Source of the DNA: Methanotrichaceae archaeon
Lineage (GTDB): Archaea > Halobacteriota > Methanosarcinia > Methanotrichales > Methanotrichaceae
Direction of reading: 5' to 3'
DNA: 64,000 bases
Assembly: GCA_963748825.1 (NCBI GenBank)
Contig: CAVVKN010000003.1
Coordinates: forward strand, 32,001-96,000
Shown: positions 40,812 to 50,417 of the stretch, in pieces
Layout of the letters: every line of letters starts with the position of its first letter
How positions within the stretch are numbered: position 1 is the stretch's first letter
Notes under the pieces: generated by a model
The model's input: the letters and a program-made list of their open reading frames with translations, nothing else
What the model was told of the DNA's origin: nothing
Databases searched by the model: none
Translations under genes and position numbers: made by a program

Positions 40812-41648
40812 TCAGGTGACCACTGCGTTCTTGAAAACCCTCCAGGCCACCAGGAACATGGCCGCCGCAAAGCCCGTCAATGCCAGAAAGGAGAGCATTA
40901 CGTCGCTGCTGCTGTAAACATAATGAATGCCGATGGCGTAAAAGTCTCTGCCCACGGCAAAGTAGCGCACCCCGTTCACCAGATGGGTAAGCGGATTGAA
41001 CTGAGAGAGCGTTCTCACCACGCCTGGGAAGGCATCAATGGGGTAGAGGGCATTGCTGGCGAAGAACAGGGGCAGGGTGAGAAGGGTGATCACGGCCTGT
41101 AGCCCCTCCGGAGTGTCCATGCTCATGGATATGGCCGAGGAGAGGAAGAGAAATCCTAAGGAAAAGACGCCCACAAAGAGCAGAACTCCCAAAACAGCCC
41201 CAACCGTCTGCATCAAGGTATAGCCGGGAAAGAAGCGCACCCCTATGACAAGGCCAAAGCCCATGATAACCATCACCTGGATGAAGGACTTGGTGACGCC
41301 GGAAAGGCCAATACCGAGGATTATGTGGTTTCGGGGCATGGGGCTGGCCAGAAGCTCCCTCATCAGCCCCCAGTTCTTGTCGAATAGCAGGGTGATCCCG
41401 CCGAAGAGGCTGGTAAAAAGTGTGGTCAGAGCAATCACTCCTGCCCCCATAAAGGTCAGGTAGGATACGGCGGTCACGCCCTCGGGCACGACCATGCCGG
41501 AGCTGAGCCGGGAGAAGTTGCTGGACATGGCTGCCCCGTAAAGCGCCATCCACAAGGCGGGCTGGATGAGGGATACCACCAGAGCAATTCGAAAGCGCAC
41601 AAAGCGAAGCATATCGCGCCAGTAGATGGTTAAAAACTCCCAGGACAT
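40812..41648 (-). CDS. ABC-2 transporter permease (DrrB-like)
   Basis: QPALW, ELLASP, PLFFASNALYP, NPLTH. Confidence 0.9.
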   Translation of the reverse strand: MSWEFLTIYWRDMLRFVRFRIALVVSLIQPALWMALYGAAMSSNFSRLSSGMVVPEGVTAVSYLTFMGAGVIALTTLFTSLFGGITLLFDKNWGLMRELLASPMPRNHIILGIGLSGVTKSFIQVMVIMGFGLVIGVRFFPGYTLMQTVGAVLGVLLFVGVFSLGFLFLSSAISMSMDTPEGLQAVITLLTLPLFFASNALYPIDAFPGVVRTLSQFNPLTHLVNGVRYFAVGRDFYAIGIHYVYSSSDVMLSFLALTGFAAAMFLVAWRVFKNAVVT

Positions 41649-41649
41649 A

Positions 41650-42639
41650 TCATTTCCCTCCTTTGGACTGGAAGGGGAGCCGGTGCAGCTTCCCCGCTCC
41701 CGCCTCTCTGATATCGCGTCCTGTGTAGTGCACGAAGACGTCATCTAAAGTTGGCTTTTTCAGGTTGACGCTAATGATATCGATGCCCCTTTCCCGCAGC
41801 CGGTTCATGATGATGGGAAGGCAGTGCGTGCCATCCGCGTTTATGGTGACGGCCAGGCCCGCGGCTGCCGCTTTGACATCTCGAACTGCCTTCATGCCTC
41901 TTAGCATTTCTTCCGTCGCGGCGTTGTCGCTGGTGTCCAGGTAGATCATATCATTTCCAAGGGCATCTTTGAGCTTGGTCGGATCGCCCGAAGCGATGAT
42001 CTTGCCGTGGTCCAGAATGTCGATCCAGTTGCTCACCTGATCTGCCTCATCCATGTAGTGGGTTGTCAGGAAGATGGTGGTTCCGGAATCGTTGACTTTT
42101 TTGATGTAGTCCCACAGCCTGCGCCGGGTTTGCGTGTCCAGGCCGATGGTAGGCTCATCCAGGAAAAGCACCTTGGGCCTGGTCATCAGCCCCCGGCCAA
42201 TCTCCAGCCGCCGCTTCATGCCGCCGGAGAGAAAGCGGGTGCGCACATTCCTCTTCTCCTCCAGCTCCACGAGCTTTATGATCTCTTCAATCCTCTCTTT
42301 TCGTTCCGCTTTGGGCATGGAGTAGATGCGACCGTGCAGCTCCAGGGTCTCCCAGACGGTGAGATCCCTGTCCAGTGTCTCATCCTGAAAGACGATGCCG
42401 ATGGAGCGGCGCACCTGCTGCGGCTCTTTTGCCAGGTCGTATCCGGCGATGGTGACGGAGCCCTTCTGCACGGGCAGAAGCGTGGTGAGAATATTGATGA
42501 CTGTGCTCTTTCCCGCCCCGTTGGGCCCCAGGAAGGAGAAGATCTCTCCCTCCCGGACAAAGAAGCAGACGCCATCCACTGCTTTGAAGTCCCCGTATTT
42601 GTATTCGAGATCCTTGACCTCTATGATTCTCTCGCTCAT
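41650..42639 (-). CDS. ABC transporter ATP-binding protein (DrrA-like)
   Basis: GPNGAGKS, LSGGMKRR, LDEPTIGLD, TLDDVF..YTG. Confidence 0.93.
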   Translation of the reverse strand: MSERIIEVKDLEYKYGDFKAVDGVCFFVREGEIFSFLGPNGAGKSTVINILTTLLPVQKGSVTIAGYDLAKEPQQVRRSIGIVFQDETLDRDLTVWETLELHGRIYSMPKAERKERIEEIIKLVELEEKRNVRTRFLSGGMKRRLEIGRGLMTRPKVLFLDEPTIGLDTQTRRRLWDYIKKVNDSGTTIFLTTHYMDEADQVSNWIDILDHGKIIASGDPTKLKDALGNDMIYLDTSDNAATEEMLRGMKAVRDVKAAAAGLAVTINADGTHCLPIIMNRLRERGIDIISVNLKKPTLDDVFVHYTGRDIREAGAGKLHRLPFQSKGGK

Positions 42640-42706
42640 TTGTAGGGCGTCTTGTCACCTCTGAGAATTTATAGATGCCAGATCTGGCCGGTTGGTAGAC
42701 AAAAGT

Positions 42707-42733
42707 CTTAACTTATTTGTCAGCCAAGTTAAG
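42707..42733. promoter_or_regulatory. Candidate operator CTTAACTT-N11-AAGTTAAG in a divergent promoter
   Basis: Perfect 8-bp inverted repeat between the ABC exporter and rubrerythrin starts. Confidence 0.4.
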
Positions 42734-42774
42734 GTATAGCTAAAAAAACAATGCCATATTATGGAGTGATTTAA

Positions 42775-43272
42775 TTGACCAAGACTGAGGATTTCTTAAT
42801 GGAGGCTTTTTCTGGTGAGTCGCAGGCGAACAGGAAGTACACCGCTTTTGCCGCCCAGGCGGACAAAGAGGGTTTTGCTCAGGCCGCCAAGCTCTTTCGG
42901 GCTGCAGCCGAGGCGGAGGCCGTGCACGCCGCCAACCACCTGCGTGCCTTGAAGGCCATCAAGAACACCAAGGAGAACCTGCGCGAGGCCATCGCCGGGG
43001 AGACACATGAGTTCAAGGAGATGTACCCGGAGATGATCGCGTCCGCCAAGGCCGAGGGTGCCAAGGACGCGGAGAGGAGCTTCAATTATGCCAACGCCGT
43101 GGAGGAGTACCACGCCCGGCTCTACCACGATATGCTGGAGGGCCTGGAGGCAAAGAAGGAGAGCTACCCCTACTTCGTCTGCCCGGTATGCGGCATGACT
43201 GTGGAGAAAGAGGCACCGGACAAGTGCCCGGTATGCGGAGTGAAGGGAAGCATGTTCAAGAAGGTCGAGTAG
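42775..43272 (+). CDS. rbr: Rubrerythrin
   Basis: AFSGESQA, E..H diiron motifs, C-terminal CPVCG...CPVCG. Confidence 0.95.
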   Translation: MTKTEDFLMEAFSGESQANRKYTAFAAQADKEGFAQAAKLFRAAAEAEAVHAANHLRALKAIKNTKENLREAIAGETHEFKEMYPEMIASAKAEGAKDAERSFNYANAVEEYHARLYHDMLEGLEAKKESYPYFVCPVCGMTVEKEAPDKCPVCGVKGSMFKKVE

Positions 43273-43443
43273 ATCGGAATCATCCTATTTTTCTTTGCCT
43301 GAATTTGAGTTTCCGCTCTTCCCTCAAATTGAGAATGAGTTTCATGTGACTCTGTTTCCCGAATGAAGACTTTTCTGCCCTTCATCCATTCAATGGTGCC
43401 ATGTACTACTCTGATATACGTATAAATTTTGAGAGCTGATTCA

Positions 43444-43653
43444 TCAGCTCAGATCGGGTGGCAGCTCCCCTGTCAGGCACTCAATCCTTCTCTGTGCACC
43501 CTCCAGCCGGGAATTGCAGAGCTTGACCAGCTTCATGCCCTTCTCATACTGGTCCAGGCTCTCCTCCAAGGTCATCTTTCCCTCTTCCAGCACCTCTACA
43601 ATCTGCTCCAGACTGTCCAGAGCCTCTTCCAGGCCGATCTCATTCTTCTTCAT
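43444..43653 (-). CDS. xseB: Exodeoxyribonuclease VII small subunit
   Basis: EEAL..LE.IV..LE.G...LEESL..YE.G..L...C...L..A. Confidence 0.93.
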   Translation of the reverse strand: MKKNEIGLEEALDSLEQIVEVLEEGKMTLEESLDQYEKGMKLVKLCNSRLEGAQRRIECLTGELPPDLS

Positions 43654-44855
43654 AGTGAAGCCTCTTCATCATCCAGGCATTCCAGCACCCTGCATCTGAG
43701 CCTTCCCTGGCTCAGGATCAGCTCCAACACATCTCCCGGCCGGGCGTCCTGGGCCTGCAGTATCAAGCCCCTCCGTGAGCGGGCGATGGCATAGCCCCGC
43801 AGGAGGGTGGCCCGCGGCCCCACCGCGGCCAGGCGTCCTTTGGCCAGCTCCAGCCGGCTCTTCAGGCTCTGCATCTTATCTGCCTGGGCAGCTTCCAGGC
43901 TTTGGCTCAGATAATCCAGGCGCTGGCGAGCATCCCGCGACAGAGAGTACATCCTTTTAGCAGAGATGCTGTGCTTTAGATACTCCAGACGCTCCTCTTT
44001 TCGTTCCAGGCCCGTCCAGAGAGCGCGCATCATTCTGACCTGGGCGGAGCGCAGCCCTTCCTTAATCTCCTCCACATCCGGCACAGCCATCTTAGCCGCA
44101 GCGGTAGGTGTCGCGGCTCGCATATCCGCCACATAGTCGGCAATGGTTACGTCCGTCTCGTGCCCGACGGCGGAGATGACAGGCGAGTCGCAGGCGAATA
44201 TGGCACGGGCTACAATTTCGGAGTTGAAGCACCACAGATCCTCTGTCGAGCCGCCGCCGCGACAGACTATGATCACGTCGGCCCTGCCTTGCAGGGCCAA
44301 GATTGCAAAGGCAATACTCTCCTCGGCTCCGTCTCCCTGCACCTGGGCCGGGGATAGGATGATTCTGGCGGGATAGGGGCCTAAGGTTCGCAGAACATCT
44401 CGCAGCGCCGCTCCCTGGGGGGATGTGACAATGCCGATTCGCTCTGGATACAAAGGCAGCGCCCGCTTTCTCTCTACCGAGAAGAGCCCTTCTGCGGCCA
44501 GCTTCTTTTTGAGCGCCTCCAGTTGCAGGTGCCGGAAGCCCAGGCCCTCATCCTGCTTTATGCCGCGAGCTACGAGCTGCACTCTGCCCTGCGGCCTGTA
44601 AACGGCAACATCTCCGAAGACCAGCACATTCTTGCCGTCCTTCAGCTCAAAGTTTAGGGAGAGGCCGTTGTTCTTGAAGAGAACGCAGGAGATCGAAGAG
44701 CCCTGGTCCTTGAGAGTGAAATATCTGTGTCCAGACCTGTGATGAAGGTAGTTGGAGACCTCGCCTCGTGCCCAGAGGTCATGCAGGCGGGGATCGTTCT
44801 CCAGGCGGTCTGCTATCCTCTGATTCAGGTCGGTGACAGTGAATATCTGGGTCAA
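43650..44855 (-). CDS. xseA: Exodeoxyribonuclease VII large subunit
   Basis: GEVSN, SGHRYFTLKD, RGGGS.EDL, SAVGHETD, TPTAAA, LLRGYA; probable TTG start at 44855. Confidence 0.95.
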   Translation of the reverse strand: MTQIFTVTDLNQRIADRLENDPRLHDLWARGEVSNYLHHRSGHRYFTLKDQGSSISCVLFKNNGLSLNFELKDGKNVLVFGDVAVYRPQGRVQLVARGIKQDEGLGFRHLQLEALKKKLAAEGLFSVERKRALPLYPERIGIVTSPQGAALRDVLRTLGPYPARIILSPAQVQGDGAEESIAFAILALQGRADVIIVCRGGGSTEDLWCFNSEIVARAIFACDSPVISAVGHETDVTIADYVADMRAATPTAAAKMAVPDVEEIKEGLRSAQVRMMRALWTGLERKEERLEYLKHSISAKRMYSLSRDARQRLDYLSQSLEAAQADKMQSLKSRLELAKGRLAAVGPRATLLRGYAIARSRRGLILQAQDARPGDVLELILSQGRLRCRVLECLDDEEASL

Positions 44856-45066
44856 GATAATGGCGTTTCTATCCGGCCCAATATTTAAGGACGATTCATG
44901 TGCGAGGCGAAACTGATGAAGCGTAATTATCGGCAAACTCAAGCAGAATGAGATTTTTTTGTTTTAGGGATGGTGCTACCGAATTATATCTTCAATTAAA
45001 CTAATTTGGTCCTAACACAAGAAAACTTTATATGGCAGAATATCGTTGCAATTAAGCGGTGAAGCA

Positions 45067-45763
45067 ATGCACATAATGGAGGGTTTTCTTCCTCATCCCT
45101 GGTGGGAGATCTGGTTTCTACTCTCACTTCCCGTAGTTGCCTTTGGTGTCTACAAGATGAACATGATGATAAAGGATAATCGGGAAACTTTGCCCTTGTT
45201 GGCCGTGGCGGGAGCCTTCGTCTTCGTTCTCTCCTCCCTAAAGCTGCCCTCCGTCACCGGGAGCTGCTCTCATCCCACAGGTACGGGAATGGGCTCCATA
45301 ATCTTCGGCCCCTGGATAACATCGGTCCTGGCCGTGATTGTCCTGGTCTACCAGGCCGTATTTCTGGCGCACGGCGGCCTGACCACCCTGGGTGCAAACA
45401 CTTTTTCCATGGGAATTGCCGGCCCGGTTATTGGATACCTGGTTTACAAAGCCGCCACACGAGCGAGGCTGCATCTGTACCTGGCGGTTTTCCTGGCGGC
45501 GACTTTGGCCGATTGGGCCACCTATCTTGTCACATCCATACAGCTGGCGCTGGCCTTTCCGGCGGCATACAGGTGGCGTGCTCGCCTCCTTTGAGGCCTT
45601 TGCCGCTGTCTTTGCCATAACCCAGATTCCTCTGGCCATAGTGGAGGGGATGGTGACGGCATTGATGTTCAAATATATCGTGCAACTGAGAAGCGATGTG
45701 CTGGTGAGAATGAATGTGGTCTCCCTAAATACGATAAAAAAGCTGAAGGAGGCTGTGGCATGA
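45067..45763 (+). CDS. cbiM: Cobalt ECF transporter S component (single extra base at ~45569)
   Basis: MHIMEGFLP, GSCSHPTG, HGGLTTLGAN; continues in the next frame as TQIPLAIVEG. Confidence 0.9.
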
Positions 45764-46089
45764 AAATAAAACTGGAGCTTTTAACATTAGGCGTTATAGT
45801 GCTCTTCATCGCCGCCTTTGCTTATGTCAGCTCCAGCCAGAATCACGAGTGGAGCGGAGCAGACAGCCAGGCCGAGGATGTGATCTCCGATCTCACCGGC
45901 GGCACCTACATCCCATGGTTCCAGTCCATTTATACTCCGCCTAGCGGCGAGATTGAGAGCCTTCTCTTTGCCCTGCAGGCGGCCATCGGCAGCCTTATAA
46001 TCGGCTATTTTTTAGGCTACTACCGTGCTCTGGCCAAGATAAAAGCAGATAATGCAGCCCAGGAGCGAGATGGAAAGTCTAATGCATAA
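45760..46089 (+). CDS. cbiN: Cobalt transport protein CbiN
   Basis: GAD..A, Y.PWF, PPSGEIESLLFALQAAIG. Confidence 0.95.
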   Translation: MKIKLELLTLGVIVLFIAAFAYVSSSQNHEWSGADSQAEDVISDLTGGTYIPWFQSIYTPPSGEIESLLFALQAAIGSLIIGYFLGYYRALAKIKADNAAQERDGKSNA

Positions 46090-46864
46090 TCTTCTTGACG
46101 ACTACGCCCATGGCAATGCTCTGCGGGAGACCAGTGCCCGGCTCAAACTGTTCTTGGGCCTGGGGGCCATCCTCCTTTCGGTATCATCCACGACTCCAAT
46201 AGCGCCTCTATTCATGGCCATAACCTTGAGCCTCGTAACTGTGGTGCTGGCCAAAATTCCCGGACGCATCTATTCCCGGCTGCTGATGGTGCCTCTATCC
46301 TTCGCCTTGCTCAGCGCCGGCGTGGTGGCCTTCATGCATGGCAGCGGGCAGACACTATTTTCCGTGGAGCTCTTCGGCTTTAATTTGGCCATCGGAGAGG
46401 AAGGAGCAAACCTGGCCGCACTTCTTATCGCCCGGACCTTTGGTGGCATGTGCTCTATGTTTTTCATAGCTTTAACCACGCCCATGATTGAGATCTTTGC
46501 CGTGCTCAAATCCTTGCGGATACCGCAGTCCGTCATTGAGCTGTCCATGATGATTTATAGGTACATCTTCGTCTTTTTGGACCAGGCGGCCATGATCCAC
46601 AGCGCCCAGATGATGCGCCTGGGAGATGCCGGGACAAAGAATTCCCTGAACTCCTTTGCCATGCTTTCCAGCGTTCTTTTCCTCCGCTCCTGGGAGCAGG
46701 GGGAAAGGCTCATCGTGGCCATGGACTCTCGTTGTTACGACGGCAAGCTCGATCTCATGGTGCCTGCAGAGGGGGCAAAGCCCAGGGCGATTTTTGCGGT
46801 AACAGTATATTTGGCCGCAGCTACAGCCATCGCTGTTTTAACCAGAGGCGTCCAGCTTCTGTGA
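46082..46864 (+). CDS. cbiQ: Cobalt ECF transporter T component
   Basis: TTP, YRYIF, AQ..RLG, AMDSRCYDG. Confidence 0.93.
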   Translation: MHNLLDDYAHGNALRETSARLKLFLGLGAILLSVSSTTPIAPLFMAITLSLVTVVLAKIPGRIYSRLLMVPLSFALLSAGVVAFMHGSGQTLFSVELFGFNLAIGEEGANLAALLIARTFGGMCSMFFIALTTPMIEIFAVLKSLRIPQSVIELSMMIYRYIFVFLDQAAMIHSAQMMRLGDAGTKNSLNSFAMLSSVLFLRSWEQGERLIVAMDSRCYDGKLDLMVPAEGAKPRAIFAVTVYLAAATAIAVLTRGVQLL

Positions 46865-46871
46865 GGCTACT

Positions 46872-48032
46872 ATGACAATCATCCTTGAAACCAGAAGTCT
46901 CAGTTATTCCTATGGAGACGGAACCCCTGCCCTGAAGGACGTGAGCATATCTCTGCAAAAGGGAAAAAAGGTCGCCCTGGTGGGGCCCAATGGAGCCGGC
47001 AAGTCCACGCTCATGCTCATGTTCAACGGCATCCTGCGGCCTAGCGAGGGCGAGGTTCTCTTTCAGGGCCGGCCCATGAGTTACGATGCCGCCAGTCTGC
47101 GGTCCATCCGCCGGGCAGTGGGCATGGTCTTCCAAAATTCAGACGACCAGCTCTTTGCGCCTACCGTTTACCAGGACGTGGCCTTCGGCCCTACCAATCT
47201 GGGATATGCTGCGGAAAAGGTGAAGAGGTACGTGGGCTTTGCCCTGCAGTACGTGGGCCTCTTTGGATATGAGCGCCGTCCACCCCACCACCTGAGCGGC
47301 GGCGAGAAGAAGAGGGTGGCCATCGCCGGCATACTGGCCATGGAGCCGGAGGTGATTATTCTCGATGAGCCCACCTCCAACCTCGATCCGGCAAGCTCCG
47401 AAGAGATCATGGAGATGCTCGATGAGCTGAACTACGGCGGAAAGACATTGATCATCTCCACTCATGATGTGGACCTGGCCTACCGCTGGGCGGATGAGGT
47501 CATTCTCATGAAGGAAGGTGGTGTGGTGCGCCGGGGCACAGGACAGGAGGTATTCGGAGATGCCAAGCTGATACGAGACGCCCGGCTCAAGCTACCCCTC
47601 GTGGTAGACCTCTACCAGGAGCTAGCCGGAAGGGGCATTGCCAGAGGGTCAAAGCCGCCCAGGAACATCCTTGAGCTTTGCGATCTCTTGCAGCCAAAGG
47701 CGGAGGAGCGTGCCCTTCCCGCGGCTCTGGGCAAAATATACATCTGCAATGTAGATGAGGATGAGGGGGAAGAGATCCAGGCCATGCTCGAAAAAATTCC
47801 GGCTGGCTTTAAGGGCGCTATGGGCACCAGTGCCAAGGTCATGGCGGAAAAGTGCGGCATCTCAATAGATTTTACTTATGGCGTCATCGACAAATGCATC
47901 CTCAAGGCGTTGATTGGCAAGAACTCTATCATAATGACCTCTGGGGGAATGGTAGACCACACCCTGCAGAGGATCAAGGACTACGGCCTGGAGTCTGGAG
48001 CTTGCATCGAGGCGATCAGGCTTTTGCAATGA
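46872..48032 (+). CDS. cbiO: Cobalt ECF transporter ATPase with ~110-aa C-terminal extension
   Basis: GPNGAGKS, QLFAPTV..DVAFGP.N, LSGGEKKRVAIAG, DEPT. Confidence 0.93.
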   Translation: MTIILETRSLSYSYGDGTPALKDVSISLQKGKKVALVGPNGAGKSTLMLMFNGILRPSEGEVLFQGRPMSYDAASLRSIRRAVGMVFQNSDDQLFAPTVYQDVAFGPTNLGYAAEKVKRYVGFALQYVGLFGYERRPPHHLSGGEKKRVAIAGILAMEPEVIILDEPTSNLDPASSEEIMEMLDELNYGGKTLIISTHDVDLAYRWADEVILMKEGGVVRRGTGQEVFGDAKLIRDARLKLPLVVDLYQELAGRGIARGSKPPRNILELCDLLQPKAEERALPAALGKIYICNVDEDEGEEIQAMLEKIPAGFKGAMGTSAKVMAEKCGISIDFTYGVIDKCILKALIGKNSIIMTSGGMVDHTLQRIKDYGLESGACIEAIRLLQ

Positions 48033-48092
48033 TTTTGTGGTTTCTTGCTGTTTCTAGAGGCACCGAAAACCTTAAGTAAAATCAACTTGACT

Positions 48093-48197
48093 GAAGGAAA
48101 GTACATTGGAATAACTGGCTATTCCAAGCGTCCATTCAGCACCAGATGCGAGGATCAACTGGCTGGCAGTTCAGTCCTCGCTCTGGATCTCCCCTCC
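48093..48197 (-). ncRNA. Candidate ~105-nt three-way-junction small RNA
   Basis: On the minus strand 5' GGAGGGGAG pairs with 3' CUUUCCUUC and encloses two long hairpins; G-U pairs work only on this strand; TATA-like TTATAC ~20-25 nt upstream. Confidence 0.5.
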
Positions 48198-48346
48198 AAA
48201 GCAATCTTGTTACAAGTATAATTGGGTAATATGCATACAATAAGTAACGAGCGGGTAGGGGAGTGGGGGTTAGTGAAAAAGATGTGTGTACCCGCTCTCG
48301 TTCAACAACTTTTTGATCGTATAAATACTTTTCTGGAAATAATTTA

Positions 48347-49123
48347 TTACTGTTTTTGTCCATATGCTTTTTGTCTGGCGATCTTTGCCGCATAAGCGCC
48401 TGCTACAAAGCCCGCATCAATATTGACCACAGTGAGAACGGAGCAGGACTGCAGCATGGAATAAAGGGCCGCCTGTCCAGCTCCGCCCAAACCATAGCCG
48501 GTGGAAACGGGCAGGCCGATAACCGGGGCCTCTACCAGTCCGGCCACCACAGCCGGCAGCGTCCCTTCCCGTCCGGCCGCCACCACGAAGGCATCAACAT
48601 TTGCCATCCTCTCCAGGCAGGGAAAGAGCCTATGAATGCCTGCCACTCCCACGTCGTACTCCGAGATGACATTGCAGCCCATCTCCTCCGCCACCACGCG
48701 CGCCTCCTCAGCGACCGGCATGTCGGCGGTGCCTGCTGCCAGGATGCCCACCCATCCCCTTTTGGCCTGCGGCTTTGCGGACCGGAGGACCACCGTCTTG
48801 GCTCGAACGTTGTGCTCCAGCTCACAGCCCTCGGGCAGTTTTGCTGACTGCAGGTGCTCCAGCTGTTCTGCCGAGACGCGCGTGATGATCACACTGCCAG
48901 TTGCCTGCAGGTGGGCCAGGGAGATGGCCACAAGATCGGTTTTATCCTTTCCTTCAGCGAGAATGGCCTCAGGAATGCCGATGCGATCCGCCCGGCAGAT
49001 GTCAAGCTTTGCCACCTCTCCTACTGCCAGGAAGCTTTGGCGTTTGATGCGGCGCAAGGCCTCTTCCAGGTCCATATCCCCCCGGCCAAAGCACTCCAGC
49101 AGCTCTCTCAGGTTCTCTTGCAC
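48347..49123 (-). CDS. larB: Nickel pincer cofactor biosynthesis protein LarB (PurE-like)
   Basis: R..R.GIPE....GK, AGTAD.PVAEEA, DVGVAGIHRL, AG.EG.LP, P.STGYG, VVNIDAG. Confidence 0.9.
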   Translation of the reverse strand: MQENLRELLECFGRGDMDLEEALRRIKRQSFLAVGEVAKLDICRADRIGIPEAILAEGKDKTDLVAISLAHLQATGSVIITRVSAEQLEHLQSAKLPEGCELEHNVRAKTVVLRSAKPQAKRGWVGILAAGTADMPVAEEARVVAEEMGCNVISEYDVGVAGIHRLFPCLERMANVDAFVVAAGREGTLPAVVAGLVEAPVIGLPVSTGYGLGGAGQAALYSMLQSCSVLTVVNIDAGFVAGAYAAKIARQKAYGQKQ

Positions 49124-49183
49124 AGCCCTTAAAATAGATCGTCAAGCATAAAGGGTTTATCCCCGCATGGAGGATGAAAAGAG

Positions 49184-50398
49184 ATGCTTGTAAACCTTGA
49201 TCTTCACATTCATTCCCGCTATTCGATGGCCGTCTCCGCAGACATGAAGCTGCCCGAGATTGCCAGAGAGGCGGCGCGTAAAGGCGTGAAGATCATGGCC
49301 ACGGGAGACTGCCTGCATCCCCTGTGGCTGGATGCCATAAAGAAGCTCCCCGAGGCCGACGGGCTCTTTCATCTGGACGATACGCATTTTGTCCTCAGTG
49401 TGGAAGTGGAGGATCGCAGCCGCGTGCATCATCTCATCTTTTTGCCGGATACGGCCAAGGCCGAGCAGCTGCAGGAAGCTTTCGCTCCCTACTCTACGAA
49501 CCTGTCGGCAGACGGCAGGCCACGGCTGCATTTGAACGGCGCTGAGATTGCGGATCTTGTTATTGAGGCGGGCGGCCTGCTGGGACCTGCCCACGCCTTC
49601 ACACCCTGGACGGGCATATTTGCTTACTTTCGCTCTCTTGCCGAATGCTACCAGGAGAAGGCGGAACAGATTCGTTTTATTGAGCTGGGCCTCTCGGCGG
49701 ACACGGATTATGCGGACCGGATTGCGGAGCTCACCTCCCGGACATTTCTCTCCAACTCCGATGCTCATTCGCCGCGCTCCAACAAGCTGGCCCGGGAGTT
49801 CAACCAGATGGATCTGGACAATTTCAGCTATCAGGATCTTATCCTCGCCATCAAGCGTGAGGGCGGGCGGCATCCTACAAAGAATGTGGGCCTTTTCCCG
49901 GAGGAAGGAAAATACAATCGCACCGCCTGCACGCGCTGCTACCGGCAATACTCTCTTAGCCAAAAAGATGAGCTGATGGGACGCTGTCCGGAATGTGGGG
50001 GCCAGATCAAGCTTGGCGTGACGGACCGGGTAAATCTTCTGGCCGATTATGAAAATCCCGTGCATCCGCCTCACCGGCCACCTTACTTGCATATCATTCC
50101 CCTGGCCGAGATCATTGCCCTTGCCCTGGGCCACAAGAGCGTCATGACGGCCGGCGTGCAGAAGCGCTGGAGCGAGCTGACGGAGGAGAAGACGGAGATT
50201 GAGGTATTGTTGCAGGCCGATCTCGCGGAGATGAAGGCCGAGCCGAGAGTTATCGAGGCCATCCAGAACTTTCGCATGGGCCGGGTAGAGGTCAGGCCCG
50301 GGGGCGGAGGCAAGTACGGAGAGGTCAGGCTGGCCGAGCCAGCCGGGGCGGAAGCGGGGCAGGGGAAAGCGGGGCAAAAGTCTCTCTTCGACTTTTAG
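49184..50398 (+). CDS. TIGR00375 family PHP-domain nuclease (endonuclease Q)
   Basis: DLHIHSRYS, PAHAFTPW, ELGLSAD, SNSDAHS, GKY..TAC..C...CP.CG. Confidence 0.9.
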   Translation: MLVNLDLHIHSRYSMAVSADMKLPEIAREAARKGVKIMATGDCLHPLWLDAIKKLPEADGLFHLDDTHFVLSVEVEDRSRVHHLIFLPDTAKAEQLQEAFAPYSTNLSADGRPRLHLNGAEIADLVIEAGGLLGPAHAFTPWTGIFAYFRSLAECYQEKAEQIRFIELGLSADTDYADRIAELTSRTFLSNSDAHSPRSNKLAREFNQMDLDNFSYQDLILAIKREGGRHPTKNVGLFPEEGKYNRTACTRCYRQYSLSQKDELMGRCPECGGQIKLGVTDRVNLLADYENPVHPPHRPPYLHIIPLAEIIALALGHKSVMTAGVQKRWSELTEEKTEIEVLLQADLAEMKAEPRVIEAIQNFRMGRVEVRPGGGGKYGEVRLAEPAGAEAGQGKAGQKSLFDF

Positions 50399-50417
50399 CA
50401 ATCATGAGGCACCAAAT

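Noticed and set aside
48106-48127. NrpR operator
   Set aside because: The spacing is GGAA-N10-TTCC rather than N6, and the site is better explained as an RNA hairpin.
49157-50401. 414-aa ORF antisense to the EndoQ gene (likewise 7134-8603 opposite paaK)
   Set aside because: Mirrors the real gene's extent and has no protein-family signature.
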